In this document: piece by piece, positions 54,480 through 64,000 of the stretch
Layout: each line of letters opens with the position of its first letter
Numbering within the stretch: position 1 is the first letter of the stretch
From: Neocallimastix sp. 'constans'
Lineage: Eukaryota
NCBI GenBank assembly: GCA_050613775.1
Contig: JBODTK010000101.1
Location: forward strand, 186,001 to 250,000
DNA length: 64,000 nucleotides
Direction of reading: 5' to 3'
Made by a program: the position numbers and the translations under genes
The notes under the pieces: generated by a model
What the model saw: only the letters and a program-made list of their open reading frames with translations
What the model was told of the DNA's origin: nothing
Databases searched by the model: none

Positions 54480-55695
54480 AAAAGAAGGAAAGAAGGAAAG
54501 AAGGAAAGAAATATAGATAGATAATAATAAATAAAAAAAATAGTGAAAATAAATAAATAAAAAACATAATTAAATTCAACAATAAAATAATAATATAAAT
54601 GAATAAAAAAAAAAATTTTTTTTTTTAAAAAAAAGAGGTATATATAATTTTATCTTTTTTTTTTATAATTGAAATTTAAATATATATTTATATTTCAAAC
54701 AAAAACATCATTTAAAAGAAAAAAACTAAAAATTATAATCATCAAAACTATGATTATGATTATGATTATGATTTTAAATATTATTGACTTTTAAATATAT
54801 TAAATATATAAATTATATTTATTTATAAATATTACTATAATTATTATTAATTATTTTTATTTATCATTTTATTAACTTATCATGAGATTTTTTCATAAAT
54901 AAATTTTAATAATTAATGCAATTAATTTAATTATACAAAAATATATTTTATTTATATTTCTTGACAGAAAAAAAAAAAAAAAAAAAATATTAAACATTTT
55001 AAGATAATCAGTATGACCTCTCCCTAATTTTTTTTAACATGCATAATTTTTTTATATTTAATTTTAATCTTTTTTTTTTTTTTTTTTTTTTTTTAAAGAT
55101 TTTATACTATAGACCAAAAGACCAACTTTCATTATTATATTTAGATTAATAGCCAATAAGAATAAAAATTTTATTTAATCAATTAAATAAAAATTTTTTA
55201 TTTTTATTTTAAAAAAATTAAAATTTTAAATAAATTATTTATATTCTATTTATTTGTAATTAATTATCAATAAATAATATTCATTTATCGATATCTTTTT
55301 TTATTAAATACAAATTATAATTATTTTTTTTATATATTTTAATATTATTATTTTTTATTGTAATTCATTTTTTCAACTCTTTAACTCTTAATGAATAAAA
55401 TTTTAATATTATTTATTTTATATTTTTCATATATATAATTTAAAAAAGTTTTATATTATTATTATTATTATTATTTTTCTTATTTTTTTAATAAATATTT
55501 TATACTTTTTAATATATGTGTCACAATAACGTTTTAACTTTTTTTTAAAAAAAAAAAAAAAAAAACTGTCAATAATTTTAAAAAAAATTAATTAAAAATT
55601 TTATAATTATTTTTAATTTTAATATATATAAAAGTTTAAAAATTAAGTAACATAAATAAAAGAATAAAAATACTAGATTAGAAAAATTATTAACA

Positions 55696-55925
55696 TTTTT
55701 TTTTTTAGATTGAGATTAATGAGAGGGGAAGACAATAGGGCCTCTAGTCTCTCACTTAAATGTATCAGACTCTCATTGGATTCTTTACCATACCTAAACG
55801 GACCTCTCTCTAAGCAAGACTAATGTGAAAAAACATTTCCTATACAACATCATTAAAATGATCGATGACTCATTATGTATGATTCTATACTATTCAGTGA
55901 TATATCATAAATTGTCTTCTAGTTA
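55696..55925 (-). mobile_element. Probable short retroposon 3'-end remnant in reverse orientation
   Basis: GC-elevated ~230-bp island starting at a T-run (55696-55706). The minus strand ends TCTTCCCC...AATCT(A)11, resembling the LINE end at 17940-17969. Confidence 0.4.
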
Positions 55926-58900
55926 TATTTGAAATATTTAAGTTAAAAATAGTTTAAAAAAATTTAAACATTTTTGGGAGATTTCTTTAAATCATATATC
56001 ATATATCATTATATTAAATATATATAATCAAAGAATAGATATATATATGATTAATAAAAATAATTAAGAAATATATGTATATTATCAATTAATCTTTATT
56101 TTTGTTTTAATTTTTCTTTAATCCTTTTTGTAAATATAATAAAAATAATAAAAATATCATTATTATTTTTTTTTTATAATTAAGTATTACACTTAATCTT
56201 ATTTAATATTTTTATTAATTTTAATTATTAATTATTATTTTTAATTACTATTATTATTACTATTATTATTATTATTATTATTAATAGATGTAGTTTGTAG
56301 TTACTATTACTATTATTATTATTATTAGTAGTAGTAGTAATAATTTGTAGTATATTAATTTTCCCCCAATCTTCATAATAATGATTAGAATAAATAGATA
56401 TTCCATTGAAATAGTTAAGATGATTCATTTTTTTTTCTATTAGCAAAGGCAATTACAGTACGCAAACTGTTTTTAAGTATATATAATAATAATTATAATA
56501 GTAATTTTAAAATTAACATAAAGAAATCGAATGAAATTACTTCTATTTTTAAATAATTAATATAATTATATATTTTTTAAAAATCCTTATTTCATATTAT
56601 CCATTTATTAAAAAAAAAAAATATTACAAAAAAAAAAATAATATTTGTATTAATAGATAATTAAATTTAAAAATAGCCATTATAAATAAATTTGAATAAA
56701 TTATATAATAAAATTGCATATATATATATAATTTTTATTTTATTATGAATAAATTCCAACACAAACTATGATTTCAACAATATTAATTAAAAAAGAAAAT
56801 AATAATAAAAAAGGTATATAAGAATAATATTTATTGTTATAAATTTATTAATAAAAAAAAAAATTCAATGTTAAATATTTAATAATGCAACTATAAATAA
56901 TATTAAAAAATATATATATATAAAAAACAAAAATCTAACAATTTTATTTTACATGATATGTTAAACTTTAAATATTTTTTTTAAAGTTTAATAGAGTTAT
57001 TGAATCTATTTTATAATTAAAAAAAAAATATTAATAATAACAATAAAAAAATTTTAATTGAATATCAGAAAAAAAAAGTTAAATTTTTATATTTATTTAT
57101 TTATTTATTTATTTAAAAATAAATTAAAACTTTAACCTTTATTAAAAAGTATGTATTTATATAAAAATTATTATTATTTTTTAAACTTTATTATTAGAAT
57201 TTTTCATGAAGTAAAAAAAAAAAAAAATATTGATATTCAAATTTTGTCAAGAATTAAATAGAATATTCATATATATATATAAAATATATTACCTAAGATA
57301 CATTTTTTTTTTTTTTTGCAATAAAAAAAGTTTAATAAGCATTATTTATTTAATTTAAAAAAGTATAATATATGAAATAATAAAAATAATAAGATGTGAA
57401 TAGAAAAAAATTATATAAACTAAAATAAATTAAAAAAGTAATTTAAAATATGAAACATTTATATTTAAATTATGTAAAAGAAATATTTATATTTATATCA
57501 TGTAAAAGAAATACTTAACTGTTTGAAAAATAAAAAAAAAAAATAATAAATTTAAATTAAAAGTTATTATAATCGAAAAATTTTAAACTAAAATTTGTTA
57601 TTATTATATAATAAATTGGTAGGAAATAACTATTAACAATAATAAATTTGTATGGAATAAATATAAATGTAAATTGAAAAATTGTATATATTTATTTCGT
57701 CATAATAGATAATATTTAATTATTTAATGTTATAAAATAATATAAATCCAAAATATATATTAGCAAGTTTACTTTTTAAATATAATTATTAAAGAGAAAT
57801 AAATTTATTTTTTTTTAAAATATATATATATATTATCAACATTTTAAAACTTTATTATATTAAATGTACCATGTATTTATTGTATTTTTTTTTTGTAAAT
57901 GCTATATTAAAAATAAAAAAAAAAAAAAAATAAAATAAAAAAAAAAAAAAAAATAAGAAATAAATAAGAAATAAAAAATAAAACTATAATAATATTTAAT
58001 ATATATTTAATGTTTTTTGAAATAGTCATTATTATTATTATTTTTTTTTTAAATTTATTTTTTTGAAAAAATACCATATTTAAAATAAAAATTAAGAATT
58101 TCTTCAATTTAATTTTTTTCATGTAAATGCTTTATATTTATAAAAGTATGAAAACATTAAAATATTATATAGGTTATTTTTATTTTTATTTTTTTTAAAT
58201 ATAAATTATAAATAATTAGAATTTTTAGTTGCATATACTTTTCACTTATGACATTTTTAATTTTATATTTATTTAAATGTTTAGGGAAATTTTTTACAAA
58301 AATAATGCTTAATTTTATATACCTTATTATATTAAATATTACATAGTAATACAAAATAAATATAAAGTTATTTGCATTTAAATATAGGATTGATATCAAA
58401 TATACCTTAAATTGAATTAAATCGTATGGAAAAAAAAAAGGAAATAAAATTTTAACAATTATATTTATTTTTTTATTAAATATAAAATTCTAATAAAAAT
58501 CTAAAAAAAACTTATAAAATATGTATATGCTTTATATAAGATGTAATACATTATTACAAACGAGATTAATGAGAAATGATATAAAATTTTATTTGATATT
58601 AATAAATGAATATAGAAGAATATACTAATAAATTTATATATAAAAAATAATTATAGCAAAAAAAGGAAATTCCAATAAATATATACATCAATATATATAT
58701 GAATAATTGGTATATTAATGAAACAAATAAATGAATAAAAAAAATATTTTGATTTCTATTACTTTTATTATAAATATATATTTCATTTTATTAAAAAAAT
58801 ATTAAGCAACACATTATTTATGATAATTCAATTATAATAAAAATATATTATAAAAGTATTAATTATTAGTATTATTATTATTTACCTATAATAAATAAGA

Positions 58901-59837
58901 AGATTATTCTATATCAAATTTTATCAAGTATTTTTTGTTGGCTTTATATTAAGGTTTGGTCTTATGATAATAATAAAAATTTAAAATTAAATACCTCGCT
59001 GTCACTAAGACGAATTTAAATTTTTTCTCAAATTTAAAATGTAATTTAAAAAGTATAATAAAAGTATAAATATATTTTTATAAATATTTAATAATATAAA
59101 AACAAAAAAAACTATTGTTTAAAAAATTTATATCAATTATATATTTTCATTTTTATTATTTATTTTATTCTTTTTTTTATTAATTTATAAAATTAAATAT
59201 GGCTGATACATATTAACCTTTTATAAATCTAATAATTTTCGAAATATAAAAAATAAACTTTTTTATAAATTTTATTTTATACGTAAATAGAATTTGCTAT
59301 TTATTTTTATATTTTTAGAAAAAAGTAATAAAGAGATATACAAGCCACATATACTAAACAAATGAACATTCTAAAATTTTTAATCTTTAATATTTCTAAT
59401 TAATTTTCCATGTGTAAATAAATTAACATAAAAAAAAAAATTTTTTTTTTTTGTGGTTTTCTGAATTTATTCGAATATTTCAGAAAATAATACTACTTTA
59501 TAATTTTGAATGTTGTGGCTTAATAAATATTTTACTAAAAATTTAATATTACTGTGTAAAAAAAATATCTTTATGAAATTTGAAAGTATAATATTATCAA
59601 TCATTTTTTTTATTATTACATTATTTTTTGTTTATATTTTAATAATTTTTTTTTTATATTATTTTTTATTTAGTATTTAATATTTCATTAATTAACATTT
59701 AATTACTCAATTTACTATTAATGGAAAAGATCTGATTATTATTATTTTTTTTTTAATTTCCCATTCTTGTTATGTCTAAATAAATAAAAAAAATTTTTTT
59801 TTAAAAATGGGTATTCATGTTTTTTTAAATAAAATAA

Positions 59838-59912
59838 AATATAATATAATATAATATAATATAATATAATATAATATAATATAATATAATATAATATAAT
59901 ATAATATAATAT
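59838..59912. repeat. (AATAT)n pentanucleotide microsatellite
   Basis: About 15 consecutive AATAT units. Confidence 0.95.
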
Positions 59913-60338
59913 TAGAAATCTTGTAAATTTTAAGCTTTAAAAAAGTGTATTTTTTTTATTAAATACAGTGTTACACAAAATATTTTATACAGAAATTTTT
60001 AAAATATTGTATATATTTTAAATATTAATTGAATTCAATTATATTAAGATAAATTTAATGTAGTACAAAAATATAAAGAATTATTATTATTAATTTAATC
60101 CAAAATATCTTCAATAAATTCTTAAAATTTTATATTAAGTAGCATGAATTTAATTTAATTTGTGTACCAAAAAAATTAAATTAAAAAATAATATTAAAAA
60201 CTATGAAGAGGTATACTCATTGAATATTTAATCTATTATTATTTACTATGAATATTGACATTTTATACTAAATAGCAAACTATCTTTTTTATTAATTAAC
60301 TTTTTTTTTTATATATATATTTTTTTTAAAAAAAATTG

Positions 60339-60379
<41 letters not shown>

Positions 60380-63370
60380 TTATTTATTTAAGAAAAATTG
60401 TTACTAAAATTAAATTTTTTTTATGCAATACTTTCTTTTTTCAAAAAATAACATCAAATCGAATTTTTTTAACATTATATATATTTATTTATAATATTAA
60501 AAAGTAGATTAATGAAAACTTTTGATAAATTCGTATAAATTTGTAATTTCAAAAATCATTTGAAAAGATGAAATGGTTATCTATCTTATATATATTTCCT
60601 TGTATTATAATTAAAGATAATTTATATTCTTAATTTAAACCTTTATTAATGACAAATATTTTTTTTAATATTTCAATTTTTATTCTAATTTTAGAAATTG
60701 CATTTATACAAACTTTTTTTTTCTATTATAATATTAATTATTATTATATATATATTAAAAAATAATTAATAATTAATAATTATTTTTTAATAATATAAAT
60801 ATATGATAATAATAATACAAAAAAGATAAAAATAATAAAAAACAATAATTAATAAATAGTAATAAATAACAGATAATAATAATAGTAATATTAATACTTG
60901 TAATAATAAAATAAATTTTGTAAATATTTAAATTAATTCGTATTAAATTAATTTATATATTAATTTAATACACAACTCATATATTATAATATATTATATT
61001 GACATAGATATATAAAGATTTTCTGTGTAAATTGAATGGCTATATAGTTTTTATAAAAATTTATTATTACGTATACATGATTATAATATATGTATCTCGA
61101 TAAAGAACGTTTTGATTAATGAACCCAATCATAAAATGACTATTATATATATAAAATCAATATTAAAAATAATTATATTATTATATTTTTAATTTCAATT
61201 AAATAATAAAAATGCAGATATTATAATAAATTTTTACATTAATAGTTTTTTCTTTTCTTCTTGTTTTATTTTAATTTTTGATATTTTAGCAATAAATTAA
61301 TATTGCTAATTTTAGTTTTTTATATAATTCATAAAAATGCTTATAGTAAAGTAAATAATATTAATAATTATAAATACTAGTTTAATTATAATGAATTAAT
61401 GTTTTGCATAAAAAATTCTTTTTAATTTAATAAATATTATTACTTTTTCTTTTTTTTTTTTTTTTATTTTATCTATTTTTTTTAGCAATCCTCAGAAAAT
61501 AAAAGTAATATTAATGATTCTATTTTATATTTCAAATTTCTGTATTATTAAAAATCACCTATTTTTATAATTCTTTTTTATTTAAAAAATATAAAAGTAA
61601 TTTATTACTACTAATTATAGAATCAAAAAATTTATAATCTGATATAATTAATTGTTAATAATTATTAATAATATAAATAATAAATTTAATAAATTTACAA
61701 TCTTTATCTGTATTATTATTATTATTATTATTATTGGTATAATACCTTTAAAATTTTTTAATTCCAAAAAAAATATTTTTTAAATATTATATATACAATA
61801 AAATACAGAAATAATAAAAAAATACAGAAATTTTATTATATGTTTTTGATCAATTAAATAAGGGTGACAATTTTTAGGTAATATATATTATATATAAAAT
61901 ATTGAATAGTATTTATTATTGATATAATAATAAAAGAAATGTTGCTATTTTTATTTTATATATGTATATATAAATAATTGATAAAAGTTATTATATTTTG
62001 TAATAAAAAAAAAGTTAAAAAATAAACCATTTATGACAATATTAATTTTAATTGAAACAAAAATTAATTCGTTATTATTAAATATATTCGATAAAAATTA
62101 TAAAAATATTAAATATACAGATAAATAGATTATATTTTATATAATTTAACATTTTGTATCTACTCATTAATTATATCTTTTATCTATTAGTTTTTAATAT
62201 TTTATGTTTAAGAGGTCAGATTAAACTATTTATTTCTGTATAATACTATACGTAATACTTTTATTATATTAAATCAATAGGATGACTTAATAATGCTAAA
62301 CAATACATACTATTAATGTATTGATATTATGATTTTAGTATTAAATATAGATTTACTCATAGTGAAATTTTAAAATAAGAAAATAAATTTTTTTAACTAT
62401 TAATCGTCACGTCACCTGTCTGTAAAAACAAAAAAAAAAAAAAGTTAAAGCAAAAAAAAAGTTAAAGCAAAAAAAAGTTTTTTATTTTTATTTTTTTTTT
62501 TTTTAATTTAGAATATGAAATAAAAAACTTTAAAACCATAATTATTTTGTTATTTCTTTTTATCCGTTGTTCCGTTGTTAAAAAAAAAAAAAAGATATTA
62601 TATAAGCAAAGTTTTTTTTTAAAAAAAAAATAAAAAAAGTTAAAATATTAATATATTATAATTCTTATTAAAATATAAAAAAAAACTTTATTTATTTATT
62701 TACTTAATTAAATTTTTTATATTAATATATTTAATATATATATAAACATTTTTAATAATAAATTAAATATCATTATTAATCAAATTTTCGATATTTTAAA
62801 TAAATAAAAAAATATAAAATAATTCTTTGTTTTGTATATTAAGATTTATAGGGTCCATTATTTAATTTTGTTATTACTTTAACATTATTATAATTAAATT
62901 TGCTTCCACATAAGGATTAATCAGAATATTCATTAATGCATTCTTAGAATAGCAGTTAAAGTTTGACAATTTACTGAATAGAATCATTCGAATGCTTTCA
63001 GAATTTATTGATCATTTTCCATATATGGTTAGTAAATTAAAAACTATAATATTTAATAATAATTAAAAATGAATTAATTATAATTATTATTTATTTATAA
63101 TTTTAGGAATTAAAACGGGAAAAAAATTTTTTTTGTATTTTTTTCGTAATTTTTTCGTAATTTTTTCATTTTTTTTTTTTTTTGGATAAATTTAATAGTT
63201 TAACAGAAATTAATAATAAATGAGATATGGCTTAGAATATTTCTCTTCACCATAATTACAAAATTAATATATTTTTAATTCATTATTTTATTATTTTATT
63301 TTTTTTTATGGCTCAGTAAAGTTTTATTTTTAAATAAATAAAATAAATAATAATAAATTTATATATATAA

Positions 63371-63421
63371 ATATTTGTTACTATTGAAATGTATATATTT
63401 CATTTCAATAGTAACAAATAT
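63371..63421. repeat. Perfect 21-bp inverted repeat (hairpin, 9-nt loop)
   Basis: ATATTTGTTACTATTGAAATG (63371-63391) is the exact reverse complement of 63401-63421. Confidence 0.95.
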
Positions 63422-64000
63422 ATAAACAACATCACCATATAAAATGTATATTAAATAATATAATCTTCTTCATATATATTTAAATAGTAATAATTACAAA
63501 ATATATTATTTTATTTTCAATTATTATAATAAAAATATCCAATTATTATAAATAATAATATATTTTATATAATAAATTCTAGTATATTATATCTATTCAT
63601 TTATTATAAATAAATAGGCTAATAAAATAAGTAAATAAAATAAAATAAAATAAAATAAAAATCATCTCGAAAAGTTTTGTTTTTTATAATATTTCATATT
63701 AGGAAAGTGTTATGGAAAGGCTTAAAAATTTCATATTTTTAATATAAAATAAAAATTTTTTTTCTATTAAATAATATAATCAAATATATTTTAATTATAT
63801 TAAATTTTTATTCATATAATTCATATATATTTATAATATTAATTTTATTAATAAAATTTTTATATTAAATATTTTTATAAATATTACATACTAAATCTTA
63901 TTTGTAATAAATTTTATATTTTAATAATATATATATTTTTCATTTAATACTAATTAATAATTATACTACTATTTTTTATTAGTTTAATATATATTATAAC

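Noticed and set aside
56228..56452. 74-aa minus-strand ORF (MPLLIEKK...)
   Set aside because: It starts at TTG, runs into microsatellite, and has no recognisable motif or exon partners.

Overview
Extremely AT-rich, intron-dense eukaryotic DNA with long homopolymers and (AAT)n/(AAAT)n microsatellites. Composition and gene content suggest an early-diverging fungus, most likely an anaerobic gut fungus (Neocallimastigomycota); this is inference. Walking the splice sites by hand gives six protein-coding genes: the 3' end of a TM9SF3-like gene (+), SEC1 (-), an Sct1/Gpt2-type glycerol-3-phosphate acyltransferase (+), gamma-tubulin complex protein GCP5 (-), a full-length ~22 kb, ~67-exon DNA-PKcs (+) head-to-head with GCP5, and prefoldin-like PDRG1 (-). 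The last ~12.5 kb has no recognisable CDS. Most ORF-track entries are exon fragments or repeat artefacts. The main result is three U12-type (minor spliceosome) AT-AC introns, one in GCP5 and two in DNA-PKcs. Each has an ATATCCTTT donor and a TCTTTAAY branch motif, and removing each restores a conserved reading frame. Also found: a candidate tRNA-headed SINE with a 7-bp TSD and poly(A) tail, LINE and copia remnants, a 17-nt microexon carrying the acyltransferase catalytic His, a possible recursive-splice exon, a duplicated and inactivated splice acceptor, and several long hairpins.
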